Shown here: piece by piece, positions 48,421 through 60,658 of the stretch | Position numbering within the stretch: position 1 is the first letter of the stretch | Layout: every line of letters starts with the position of its first letter | Origin: Octopus sinensis | Lineage: Eukaryota | Assembly: GCF_006345805.1 (NCBI RefSeq) | Contig: NC_043006.1 | Coordinates: 22,382,001 to 22,446,000, forward strand | Direction of reading: 5' to 3' | DNA length: 64,000 nucleotides | The notes under the pieces: generated by a model | Databases searched by the model: none | Seen by the model: only the letters and a program-made list of their open reading frames with translations | What the model was told of the DNA's origin: nothing | Program-made: the position numbers and the translations under genes

Positions 48421-48845
48421 TATATTATATATATATATATACATACATACATGTCAGTGTGTGCAAAGTTCTGTTCTTTTCTTTATATGTTTAATATGGC
48501 TTTTGACCACATTATAGTAAATTGATAATTGATTATCAATAGAGATATTTTAAATGTAATTACATGTATGCATATAATGTTGATTGACCTAAATTTATTG
48601 TCGGTTTCAGCTTATTTGGCTCAGTATCAAACAGGAACTATATTATTCTACAGAGATTTTCGTGTTTGTGCAGAAATGAAAACATTGATAAATGGAATAT
48701 AAAACAAAATTATGGATTTTAGTCCATCATTGAAAATATAAATTAATTATTTGTTTTACAATTTCTTAAAGGTTACTACAAAATAACAATCCATTAATTG
48801 TTAGTCTTCACTACAACAAGTGTAACCTCCTCATACCCAATATGT

Positions 48846-48884
<39 letters not shown>

Positions 48885-48887
<3 letters not shown>

Positions 48888-49084
48888 GGCATAGGAGTGA
48901 CTGTGTGGTAAGTAGCTTGCTTACAAACAACATGGTTCCGGGTTCAGTCCCACTACATGGCACCTTGGGCAAATGTCTTCTACTATAGCCTCGGGCCAAC
49001 CAAAGCTTTGTGAGTGGATTTGGTAGATGGAAACCGAAAGAAGCCCATCGTATATATATATATATATACATGTATATATACATA
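48885..49084 (+). mobile_element. SINE B, 5' half
   Basis: Head to internal microsatellite. Confidence 0.88.
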
Positions 49085-49862
49085 CATCATCATCATCATC
49101 GTCGTCGTCGTTTAACGTCCGCTTTCCATGCTGGCATGGGTTGGACGGTTTGACTGAGGACTGGCAAGCCAGAAGGCTGCACCAGGTACCAATCTGATCT
49201 GTCAAAGTTTCTACAGCTGGATGCCCTTCCTAATGCCAACTACTCTGAGTGTGTAGTGAGTGCTTTTATGTGCCACAGGCATGAGGGCCAGTCAAGTGGT
49301 ACTGGCAACGGCCATGCTCAAAAGGTATTTTTAATGTGCCACCTGCACGGGGCCAGTCTGACAGCACTGGCTATGACCACACACGAATGTTGTTTTTCAT
49401 GTGCCACTGGCACATGAGCCAGTAAGGTGACACTGGCAACAATCATGCTTGAATGGTGCTTTTTATGTGCCACCAGCATAGGAACCAGTTCCTGGCAACG
49501 ATCACACTCGGATGGTGCTTTTAACGTTCCACTGGCACCAGTGCCAATCAGGCGATACTGTCATCAGCCATGTCAGCAATTTTTATTTCACTTGCCTCAA
49601 CAGGACTTCACAAGTAAAGTTTATTGTCCAATGAATGAAGGGTACTCATAACTGTGCTGGTTATACACCACTGGCATAGGCCATGGGTTATGGTCTTGTT
49701 GGGTCTTCTTTGGCTTGACGGATCTTCTCAAGCACAGCATATCTCCAAAGGTCTTGGTCACTAGTCATTGCCTCAGTGAGGCCCAGTGTTCGAAGGTCAT
49801 GCTTCAACACCTCATCCCAGGTCTTCCTAGGTCTACCTCTTCCACAGGTTCCATCATCTGCT
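49085..49862 (-). mobile_element. RTE LINE family D: ORF end plus 3' UTR
   Basis: GRGRPRKTWDEVLKHDL...DQDLWRYAVLEK, tandem-unit UTR, (GAT)n. Confidence 0.9.
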
Positions 49863-49949
49863 AGGGTGTGACACATATACATACACATATACATACATAT
49901 ATATAAATACACACATATATATATATAGATATACGCACATGTATACACA

Positions 49950-50023
<74 letters not shown>

Positions 50024-50589
50024 TTATACATACATGTGTATGTATATGAGCAGAAACATTCGAATGTTTACATTCAAAATAAGATGTTACTATTGTTAAT
50101 ACCATCTATGGCAAATATTTTTAATTGATAATATTAACAGCAGTAACAAGGGCAGTTCACAGGTTTAATAGCATTATGAGCTATAAAATAGAGTTCATCA
50201 GTTTTATACCACCACACCAAGCAAGGACACGGGGGCTAACTCAACAACATAGAAGGTAAAATCTTGTCCACACATAGAACAGATGCAACACTTAGACAAA
50301 TTACAGAAGCTACAAACATAATAGAAGACAAACCTAGCCTGAATAGAAAACTAGAATGGAACACTAGCACTCCCCCCCCACACACACACCACACAACCTA
50401 TAACAGAATAAGATCCCCATAAACTGATAATATGAAAATAATACAATAGAGAGATAAATAAATGGAATTCAATAACTATATACGTAAACAAAATAAATTC
50501 AATTCAATTCAATTAATATTAAAAAAGAAAGAAAAGAAAAAGTAAGTAGATATAAACAAATGAATAAAATAAATAAAAGTAAATTAAAC

Positions 50590-50985
50590 AGCAAGAGTGG
50601 CTGTGTGGTAAGTAGCTTGCTAGCCAACCACATGGTTCCGGGTTCAGTCCCACTGTGTGGCATCTTGGGCAAGTGTCTTCTGCTATAGCCCCGGGCCGAC
50701 CAATGCCTTGTGAGTGGATTTGGTAGACGGAAACTGAAAGAAGCCTGTCGTATATATGTATGTATGTATATGTATGTGTGTGTTTGTGTGTCTGTGTTTG
50801 TCCCCCTAGCATTGCTTAACAACCGATGCTGGTGTGTTTACATCCCTGTCACTTAGCGGTTCAGCAAAAGAGACCGATAGAATAAGTACTGGACTTACAA
50901 AGAATAAGTCCTGGTGTCGATTTGCTCGACTAAAGGTGGTGCTCCAGCATGGCTACAGTCAAATGACTGAAACAAGTAAAAGAAA
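50590..50985 (+). mobile_element. SINE family B
   Basis: Full-length. Confidence 0.92.
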
Positions 50986-51166
50986 GAAATGCGTATAACC
51001 TGGGGATACTGATAATGCAGGCACATTCCCATACGCACGCACTTACTAAACATAGACACACTCAGGAGGGATATACACATACACAAATAAAGACACATAC
51101 AATAGGAATACAAAACGTCAGATCATTAGTAAGGAGAGAGACACAAAAAAGAAAGAAGAAAGCAAA

Positions 51167-51211
51167 GGACCACTGATGAGGTCACAGAGGTGTGACAAAA
51201 GAACTCTGGCC
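51167..51211 (+). ncRNA. Type I hammerhead (single core change, G12A)
   Basis: GGACCA-CTGATGA-G-GTCAC agaggt GTGAC-AAAA-GAAC-TC-TGGCC; CUC triplet at 51204-51206. Confidence 0.72.
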
Positions 51212-51499
51212 GAAATACAATTAATATAAAATAAAGCTGAAGCAATTGAACACCAAATATATAGTGCGTGTTTTCATGGGCTAAACTGGGGCAAATATGG
51301 ACAGAACTAAGGAGAAGAGTTCGTCAGAAGAATATTGAAGAGTCATGGGAGCTCAGCCACAAATAATGGCATCTCATACCTGTGAAGATGGGGAAGGATT
51401 TGTATGCATCTCTTCCCAGGTGCATTAAAGCAATTATTCAAGCTAAGGGAAGCAACACAAAATATTAACAATCTACAGTAACTCCTTGAAATGAACATT

Positions 51500-51690
51500 A
51501 CTCTTTTACTTGTTTCAGTCATTTGACTGTAGCCATGCTGGAGCACCGCCTTTTAGTCAAGCAAATCAACTCCAGGACTTATTCTTTGTAAGCCTAGTAC
51601 TTATTCAATCAGTCTTTTTCGCCAAACTGCTAAGTTACTGGGACGTAAACACACCAGCATCAGTTGTCAAGCGATGTCGGGGGGACAAAC

Positions 51691-51734
<44 letters not shown>

Positions 51735-51893
51735 TATATATATATAAGACGGGCTTCAAATCCGCTCACAAGGCTTTGGTCGGCCTGAGGCTATAGTAAA
51801 AGACAGCTGTCCAAGATGCCACACTGTAGGACTGAACCCTGAACCATGTGGTTGGTAAGCAAGCTACTTACCACACAGCCACTCCTATGCCTA
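51500..51893 (-). mobile_element. SINE family B
   Basis: Full-length with an internal deletion. Confidence 0.9.
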
Positions 51894-52152
51894 TGTAATA
51901 AATTTTCATTATAGACATTTTTCTTGTTTGATTTATGTGAGGTGGACAAAAACTTTTTGCAGAGCCATTTTTGGTGGTCTTCTGACATCTTCCCCTCTCA
52001 TTCAGAACCCCTACCACAAAATATAATGATGAGGTATGAAATTGACTCCAACAGAGCTAATGTTTCATCTGTTAAAAACGCAATGCAACACATCCACTCA
52101 TAAGTTGACAATTAGTAGAAATTTACAATAGTTTAAAGTGGTTGAAGACTTT

Positions 52153-52196
<44 letters not shown>

Positions 52197-52232
52197 AATG
52201 ATAATAATAATAACAATAACAACAACAACAAC

Positions 52233-52285
<53 letters not shown>

Positions 52286-52499
52286 TGATGATAATAATAA
52301 TAATTGTTTCAAATTTAGCTACAAGGCCAATACTTCTGGCTGAGAAAGTTAGTTGATTACTTCTATAGCCAATAATCTGATGTTTTTGCCACGAGTGAAT
52401 ACAAGACATTATGTTTATAACGATTACAATGACACGAGGGAATTCAAAGGCAATTATTATATATGTACACAAACATGAACACATACATACATACATACA

Positions 52500-52528
<29 letters not shown>

Positions 52529-52530
<2 letters not shown>

Positions 52531-53167
52531 GTACTACTGCCATTGTACAACCTCCCTATGTGGTACAATGTTGTCGCTAAAAGAATTTACAATGCCATCT
52601 GCTAAAAAAGACTGTCCTGAAATAAACTTAGAAAATCCTTCTGTTATAGAATACATTCATAAACACCAATTCAAAGAATACTGGTGGAATATTCTCATCA
52701 AAACTCCTGTCAAATGTAAACATAGCAGGTTGGATATTGATGTTTGGAACAGAGGGGCAAAGGTGTGTACCATCATAGAGGTCAGCTGCACTGCAGATAT
52801 AACTATCACTTCGAAAATCAAAGAAAAAAAGAATATCTATGGACAACTGCTTCGAAATCTCCAGCTTCTATATCCAGACTATGAATTCATATTCATACCA
52901 ATAATAATTGGAGCACTAGGTTTTGTTAGTAAATGCTTAAGAGAGAATCTGGAAGACCTGGGATATTCAGAAAGAGAATTTGACCGGCTAATTCGTAGAT
53001 TATAAGTGCAATCTGTGAGTGGAACAGTAAAAATATACAAGACTTTTCTCAAGTCCCAAATGTGAATTTGTCTGTTAACTACATCCCAAAGATGGAGCCT
53101 TGTATCTTTGTTGGAATAACCGGCTCCCTCCTCAATGGAAGATTTATAATAATTAAAAAATAGAATA
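52529..53167 (+). mobile_element. R4/Dong-like LINE RLE domain plus 3' UTR, flanked by (ACAT)n
   Basis: KHSRLDIDVW...IIEVSC.AD...KIKEKKNIYGQLLR...PIIIGALG (PD..D/E-type RLE); ACAT tracts at 52478-52528 and 53168-53184. Confidence 0.85.
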
Positions 53168-53192
53168 GACATACATACATACATTACTTATG

Positions 53193-53250
<58 letters not shown>

Positions 53251-53317
53251 CATTCACATATATATGTGTAATTTTTTTTAGCTTGTGATATCAAAACAGA
53301 AGAGTGGTTAATGCACC

Positions 53318-53683
53318 TATTTCTTTATTGTCCACAAGGAGCTAAACATAGAGGGGACAAGCAAAGGGGTTAAGTGGATTACATCGACCTCAGTGCATAA
53401 CTGGTACTTATTTAATTGACCCCGAAAGGATGAAAGGCAAAGTCGACCTCGGTGGAATTTGAACTCAGAACGTAGCGGCAGATGAAATACCTATTTCTTA
53501 GACACATGGATTAAGTCGATTACATCGACACCAGTGCGTAACTGGTACTTATTTAATCAACCCTGAAAGGACGAAATGCAAAGTCGACCTCAGCGGAATT
53601 TGAACTCAGAACGTAACGGCAGACGAAATATGGCTACGCATTTCGCCCAGCGTGCTAGCGTTTCTGCCAGCTCACCGCCTTAA
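53318..53683 (-). mobile_element. SINE A1 dimer
   Basis: TSD AGTGGTTAAT[G/A]CACC; junction AAGAAATAGGTATTTC at ~53490. Confidence 0.9.
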
Positions 53684-53986
53684 AGTGGTTAATACACCAT
53701 TGCATTAAAAGCATGCAGAATCTGTTACACGCTTGTAGTATGTAAAGTAAACACAATATATAGAAAACCAGGCACAAAGATTTGTGAAATTAATGTTACA
53801 GCTAATAATACTCATCAATAAATTGGGGAGTAAAAGAAACAGAAAGAAAAAAGTCAAGAGTGGTTGCAGTGTTTTGGCAGCGAACATATGCAAATCAATG
53901 ATTTTTTTTTTTAAGGAAGGAGTTTAGTGTGTTTATGAGTATAATAGAATTACGGTCCCAGATATGTTAGTTGCACTCTTATGTGG

Positions 53987-54399
53987 AAGGCGGCGAGCTG
54001 GCAGAAACGTTAGCATGCCGGGCAAAATACTTAGTAGTATTTCGTCTGCTGCTACGTTCTGAGTTCAAATTCTGCCGAGATTGACTTTGCCTTTCATCCT
54101 TTTGGGGTCGATTAAATAAGTACCAGTTACGCACTGGGGTGAGATATAATCGACTCAATCCCTTTGTCTGTCCTCTCTGTGTTTAGTCCCTTGTGGGTAG
54201 TAAAGAAATAGGTATTTCGCCCGTTGCTATGTTCTGAGTTCAAATTCCGCCGAGGTTGACTTTACCTTTCATCCTTTCGGGGTCGATAAATTAAGTACCA
54301 GTTACACACTGGGGTTGATATAATCGACTTAATCCATTTGTCTGTCTTTGTCTGTCCTCTCTGTGTTTAGCCCCTTGTGGGTAGTAAAGAAATAGGTAT
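53987..54399 (+). mobile_element. SINE A1 dimer
   Basis: TSD TCTTATGTGG; junction AAAGAAATAGGTATTTCG at ~54210. Confidence 0.92.
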
Positions 54400-54545
54400 T
54401 CTTATGTGGTGTGTGAGTGTAACAGAAGCACTGTTACTAATAGGTAGCAGTACTCTAATGTAGTGTGTAAGTGTAAATGGAGAATTGTCACTGATGTGTA
54501 GCTGTACTCTAATGTGGTGTGTGAGTGTAAATGGAGCACTGCCCC
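54400..54545. repeat. 54-bp tandem repeat (~2.7 units, plus a partial unit before the A1 insert)
   Basis: ATGTGGTGTGTGAGTGTAA...GTACTCTA. Confidence 0.8.
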
Positions 54546-55015
54546 AGATATATAAGTAGTATGTTATTATGGCTAGCATTTCGGATTCATGAAAAGTTAT
54601 CATTCAATTAAAACTTAAGTATTTTTTGACCTTGAAGAAGAACCACAGTCTTTGGAATGTAATTGTAGCAATGTTATAGAGGTGAGGTTGTAATGGAAAG
54701 TCATTAGAGATAATGAGGTAATATTTGGAGTAGGTTAGAGGATTTTAGATGTGTGCGGTTCAAGTGTAAGTAGGGCATGAGGATACATAAGAAGGTTGTT
54801 TCCTTGATGTGTGAAACGATTACATTTTGTGGCTGGTGAAATAGGTAAAGTTATCGTGTCTCTGTTAGAGGATGAATTTTATCTTTTTTGCTCATGAAAG
54901 TGGCGTGAGTTTGATGTGGGGAGTCCAGGTTGCAAGTAAATGATAATTGTGTACAAAAAGTTTAGGGGTGAAGAGTAGTTATCATATGCACTGTTGTGTG
55001 TATGTGGTTTGAAGC

Positions 55016-55140
55016 ATCATCGGTCATCATCATTGTTCGACCGTGGCTGAGACAGTGGAATTTACTATGCTACGCCAGACTTCACGGTCCATCATAGCAT
55101 TACGGAGATCCTGTTGCTGGATGATAGACAGGACCCGGTA
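55016..55140 (-). mobile_element. RTE family R2x extreme 3' end
   Basis: QQDLRNAMMDREVWRSIVNSTVSATVEQ, then (TGA)n. Confidence 0.8.
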
Positions 55141-55174
55141 AAGCAGGGGCTGGACCTACATCCACAGGTATACC

Positions 55175-55391
55175 TATTTCTTTACTACCCACAAGAGGCT
55201 AAACACAGAGAGGACAAACAAGGACAGACATACGGATTAAGTCGACCCCGGTGCATAACTGGTACTTAATTTATCGACCCCAAAAGGATGAAAGGCAAAG
55301 TCAACCTCAGCGGAATTTGAACTCAGAACATAACGGCAGACGAAATACAGCTATGCATTTCGCCCGGCATGCTAACGTTTCTGCCAGCTCG
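55175..55391 (-). mobile_element. SINE A1
   Basis: 20-bp flanking duplication CCTACATCCACAGGTATACC. Confidence 0.93.
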
Positions 55392-55449
55392 CCTACATCC
55401 ACAGGTATACCATTAAGTCTGTCTGGTTCCCTGGGGAAGAGGAGCCCTG

Positions 55450-56050
55450 GTGCAGATAATTGTAAATTCCATAGTCTTTTCAAATGGTTTGCAGCAATGA
55501 TAAAGTTATTAATGTATGGAAAGGATCAAATTCTGATACACATCAGGCTAAGGAGAATTTGAGACAAAGAAGAGATCTATTGGACCATAAATATAATAAA
55601 GTAGCTTGTTCTGCATTACATCAGTGTTGGGATAATTTGAGAGAAAGACAGCTCTATTATTGTATAGTATGATGTGGCAGTTTGATCTGAGATATAATCA
55701 TACTAGCATCTTAACTTGAAGGTTCTCATGACAGTCATGGTTGAAACTTTTGATGACATCAAAGAGAACAGTTGTAAATTCTGCAGTCATCAAGGGTGAG
55801 AAACACAGTCGAATGACAAGGCAAAGCAGATCACTAGGAGAACTAATTCAACAGAAACTATATTTGTAATCAAGAAGAATGTAAAAACCTCAGAATAATA
55901 AAAGAAATGATTGTTCCCAACTGACTCCATTACATTCCAGCCATTAGAAATAAAGGTGAAAGGTCACTAATAGGCAGATTTATAGAAAATTGTTATTGCT
56001 CAACATTTTATCAGCTTAACCTTCTGTTTGAGTAAAGTGGTATTAATGAT
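55450..56050 (-). pseudogene. Heavily decayed non-LTR (L2/CR1-type) RT fragment
   Basis: Remnants PISDLS, TTVLFDVIKSFNHDCHENLQVKM and FPYINNF in the RT domain 2-3-4 order, across stops and frameshifts. Confidence 0.45.
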
Positions 56051-56184
56051 GGTGTTTCCTATAATGTGTTGATCTGCAGGGGTAACAGTGGAGATTTCAT
56101 TTTTATACAGCCAAAAGAATTCCATTCCTTCGCAAAATATATCCATGGGAGAATGTAAAATCAGCAGAGCATTTCAATGAACAC

Positions 56185-56625
56185 AGGTGTGGCTGTATGG
56201 TAAAAAGTTCGCTTTCCAGCAACTTTATTCTGGATTTAGTCCTTCTTCATAATACCTGTTTCTTTATTACCTACAAGGGGCTAAACATAGAGGGGACAAA
56301 CAAGGACAGACAAACAGATTAAGTCGATTATATCAACCCCAGTGCGTAACTGGTACTTATTTAATCGACCCCGAAAGGATGAAAGGTAAAGTCGACCTCG
56401 GCTGAATTTGAACTCAGAACGTAGCGGCAGATGAAATACTGCTAAGCATTTCGCCCGGCATGCTAACGTTTCTGCCAGATTGCCGCCTTAATAATACCTT
56501 CTTCATAATACCTTGGGCAAGTATCTTCTGCTATAGTTCTGAGCCAACCAAAGTCTTGTAAGTGAGTTTAGTTGACAGAAAACAAAAGAAGCCCATCATG
56601 CACACACATATATATATATGCCGTT
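56185..56625 (+). mobile_element. Diverged SINE B 5' half containing an antisense A1 (56258-56490)
   Basis: The A1 is flanked by the 17-bp TSD CCTTCTTCATAATACCT. Confidence 0.85.
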
Positions 56626-57044
56626 CGCCTTTGCTCGGCTTTGTATGGGTTTTGGCATTCGGTTCAGCAAATTATATTTTTGATATACTCTACTGAGGAT
56701 TCGAAAATGATTAAGCAAGTAAAATTACTCAATCTATTAATGATGAAACAATTGTATAGAGTTAATCTATTTTTCCGTTATTTTTCATTTGTCCTGCCCG
56801 ATTACATTCTTGGCGTGTTGAATTAATGCTTGAGAACAATTCTTTAGTGGTGGATTCTCTTTGCGGATCTATTTCTAGCGTTAGAGTGACCACATGTGGT
56901 CTCTCTCTCTTATTACTTGTATTAATAATTTTTACTGTATCCCAGTTTTTTCGCTAGGCCACTTGGTGTTTTAAATTGATGTTATTAATTAATATTCAAT
57001 TTTTTTCACGCTTATTGTGATTTTATATATATATATATACATAG

Positions 57045-57250
57045 GGCATTTGGCTCATGATTGTAAATGCATTGTGTCCTTGAGCAAGACACTTTATTTT
57101 ATATTGCTCCAGTTAACTCAGCAGGCAAAAATGAATAGTACCTGTTTTTCAAAAGGCCTGCCTTGTTATACTCTGTATCATGCTGAATTTCTTTGAGAAC
57201 TACATTAAAGGTATGTGTGTCTGTGGAGTGCTCAGCCACTTGCAGGTTGA
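57045..57250 (+). mobile_element. SINE with E central domain and C2-type tail
   Basis: TGTCCTTGAGCAAGACACTTT followed by GAGAACTACATTAAAGG...GAGTGCTCAGCCACTTG. Confidence 0.75.
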
Positions 57251-57319
57251 GTTCCAGTCAGTCAAAGATATATATACATACACACACACATACGTAAATA
57301 TGTAAGTATGTATGTATGA

Positions 57320-57352
<33 letters not shown>

Positions 57353-57508
57353 TGTATGCATGCATGTATGTATGTATGTATGTATGTATGTATGTATGTA
57401 TGTATGTATGTATGTATAAATGTGTGTATATGTGTGTATGTGTGTGCATTTGTGTCTCTTTGTCTTGACATTGTGTGATAATTGTAAACAATTACCACTG
57501 TCATTCAA

Positions 57509-57699
57509 CGGCTCCGGCAGAAGGTAATGGCGAACTTCTGCTGACTCTTTCGCCACAACTTTCTCTCACTCTTTCCTCCTGCATCTTGCAGCTCACCTGC
57601 GACGGACCGGCTTCCCGTCCAGGTGGGGAACCTATACGCCAAGGAAACCGGGAAACCGGCCCTTATGAGCCAGACCTGGCTCGAGAAGGAACAAACAAA
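57509..57699 (+). mobile_element. 5'-truncated SINE C with C4 tail
   Basis: 12-bp TSD ACTGTCATTCAA (57497-57508 and 57700-57711); (AAAC)n end. Confidence 0.85.
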
Positions 57700-59059
57700 A
57701 CTGTCATTCAAGCCGTGTTGTTCCTTTCCAATATTCTGCGAGGATATGTCTGGGCAAGGAGATATGTTACCATGCTTGGAAACAGGTGGAGATCGGTGAC
57801 AGGAATGGTATTTGGCTGCATCAAATCTGCCTCAATAAACTCCATTCAACTAAAGCAAGCATGGAAGAAAATGGATGTTGAAATGATGATGATGATGACG
57901 ATGAAGATGAAGATGACGATGATGATGATGATGATGATGATAATACAATAATTCCAAAGTTGTCAAGAGACAAACTAGCAACACGTTAACTGATAAGTCC
58001 ACCATTTTGTTGAACTTATTGAAAGGGTTTTTTTAGTCAGGAGGGAAAGTAGTAACCATGGCCCTTTATGGGGCCTCCAAGACTGGTGAGAATGGAGAAG
58101 AAAGGGATCTTAAAACTGGAGACCTGGCCTGAATGCTTAGAAGAGAATGGACACTACTACAGATATCCTGTGTGTCAGGTGATGGAGTTAAACTGGATAT
58201 GGGATTAAGTCTGCCAACTGATTAAGGCCATGGTAGAATGATAGGTATCTTAACACAAAGAACTGGAGCAAATACTCCAATAATTTTACAGTTTTGTCAA
58301 TCTACTATAAAGTTGACTCCAAAGGAATTTGAACTCAGAGCACTTAGAATTGGAACAAATATCATGAGATATTCTGTCCAACGCTTTAAAGGTTTTGTCA
58401 ATTTACTAGCTTTGGGTTAGAATCACTTGGATGAGACATTATATTGTAGTTATTTTAGTGTTATTCGGATGAAAGTAAAAATATAAAGAAAAGTGTTATG
58501 GCAAAAGAGTATTCTTAAGAAGAGTTTGGTAAGTTCAGTTGCCATGAGGAGTGAAGAATCCAATATTTTGAAACTGTTGCCCCTTTGTTTTGGAGTTAGA
58601 GGGAGGGAGAGAGAGGGGGGAAAGAGAGAGAGAGGGAGAGAGAGGGGGAAAGAGAGAGAGAGAGGGAGAGAGAGAGAAAGTGAATGTGTGTGTGTTTGAG
58701 TGAAGGAAATAGAGAGAGAGAAAACTGCACTAGTTAATATATTTGTGACTTTGTGCTTCAGCTTGTTAAAATGACTTGGCTTTTACCCTTGGTCGCATTA
58801 ATTTTTGAAAATACTTAAGAATTGCTTAGAATTAATAAAGTAACTATCTTGTCTGCCATTAAGCAAACATTTAGAACATAACTTTATGAAAGTTTTCAAT
58901 TACGATATGGGAAGCTTTAAATTTAAATACAAACACTTAAAAACAGGTGTCTTTGTGTCATAGAGCTGGAGATGTTCTCAGATACATTGATGTGTAAAGG
59001 TTTAATGTTACATAATCAAAGACTTTTGTTCAATATTTGTTAAAATGTAATTTCAAAAT

Positions 59060-59275
59060 TGGTTTCAAATTTTGGCACAAGGCCAGCAATTTTGAGGGTT
59101 GAGGTAGATCAATTATATCAACTCCAGTGCTCCACTGGTATGCATTTTATTGACCCTGAACAGATGAAAGGCAAAGTTGACCTTAGCAGAATTTGAACTT
59201 AGAACGTGAAGACAAGCAGAATGTCACTGAGCATCTTGTCCAGCATGCTAACGATTCCGTCAGCTTGCTGACTTA
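59060..59275 (-). mobile_element. SINE A2
   Basis: Full-length, diverged. Confidence 0.85.
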
Positions 59276-59289
59276 AAAGCAATTTCAAT

Positions 59290-59752
59290 ATTCTTTTCCA
59301 CTCTAGGCACAAGGCCCGAAATTTTTGGGGAGGAGGCCAGTTGATTTGATTAACCCCAGTACGCAACTGGTACTTAATTTATTAAGGTGGCGGGCTGGCA
59401 GAAACGTTAGCACGTCGGGCGAAATGCTTAGCAGTATTTCGTCTGCGTTACGTTGTGAGTTCAAATTCCACCGAGGTCGACTTTGCCTTTCATCCTTTCG
59501 GGGTCGATAAATTAAGTACCAGTTAGGCACTGGGGTCGATATAATCGACTTAATACCTATGTCTGTCCCTGTTTGTCCCCTCTGTGTTTAGCCCCTTGTG
59601 GGTAATAAAGAAATAGGTACTTAATTTATTGACCCCGATAGGATGGAAGGCAAAGTCAACCTCGGCGGAATTTGAACTCAAGACGTAAAGATAGATGAAA
59701 TACTGCAAAACATTTCATCTGACATGCTAACATTTCTGCTAGCTCGCCGCAT
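59290..59752 (-). mobile_element. SINE A with third tail type (A3), containing an antisense A1 (59384-59615)
   Basis: Tail GCCTTGTGCCTAGAGTGGAAAAGAATATT; nested A1 has the 15-bp TSD GGTACTTAATTTATT. Confidence 0.88.
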
Positions 59753-59964
59753 TAAAAGTAATTTCAATATTGTTGAAGAAATACTTGTTCATACATAATC
59801 ATGCCTCAACTTCTAAAATTACTTAATTATAAATCAATCATTTTTATCCTATGAACAAGCAAAATTAGTATATAGTATATTATCATCGTTTAGAGTCAGA
59901 CTGGATGGTTTGACAAGATCTGACAAACCAGAGAATTGTTTCAAGATCCAGTATCTGTTTAGCA

Positions 59965-60160
59965 TGGTGGCACGTAAAAAGCACCCACTACACTCTCGGA
60001 GTGGTTGGCATTAAGAAGGGCATCCAGCTGTAGAAACTTTGCCAGATCAAGACTGGAGCCTGGTGCAGCCATCTGGTTCGCCAGCCTTCAGTCTAAATCG
60101 TCCAACCCATGCTAGCATGGAAAGCGAACGTTAAACGATGATGATGACGATGATGATGAT
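59965..60160 (+). mobile_element. RTE family D 3' end
   Basis: Conserved motif and (GAT)n. Confidence 0.88.
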
Positions 60161-60358
60161 GCCTTTTGTTACACTGACTACTCTACAGAGTGAACTGGGT
60201 GCTTTTTTCTGTTACCAGCACTAGTGAGGTCACCAAAGTAGCCTACAAGAAGACTCCTTGACTGGAGGTGGATATAGTACTGAGAGAGGTGGTTTATGCT
60301 AGGTTTTGAGAGGCAGAAGTATCTCAAGAGGATAGGAACAAGTGTCTTGCTGTATGCT

Positions 60359-60413
<55 letters not shown>

Positions 60414-60658
60414 ATGTGTGAACTACATACTAACTTTAAAGAAAGCTTTATTCACATGCTACTTATTTATTCCCCATTCTGAAGTAACCCAAGCTCTACA
60501 AAAGTTCAGCTTCACCCATCTGTTTTGATGTGCATATTTCCTTTAGAAACACTACTTTAAAGTGACTATTTTAATTTTTATATGATTTCAAATGAAAGCT
60601 TGAAGCAAATAGATACAATAGCAAAGCAAACTACATGCCATTATGCAGTTCTGACTGC

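Larger units (their letters stand above)
50150..51330 (+). mobile_element. Second Penelope-like remnant (GIY-YIG C-terminus plus pLTR), split by SINE B
   Basis: SVLYHHTKQGHGG...KILSTHRTDATLRQITEATNIIEDKPSLNRKLEW at ~50195-50370; HHR downstream. Confidence 0.65.

Noticed and set aside
56630-57010. Possible Penelope endonuclease tail (NWDTVKII) on the minus strand
   Set aside because: One weak motif only, with no supporting HHR or second copy.
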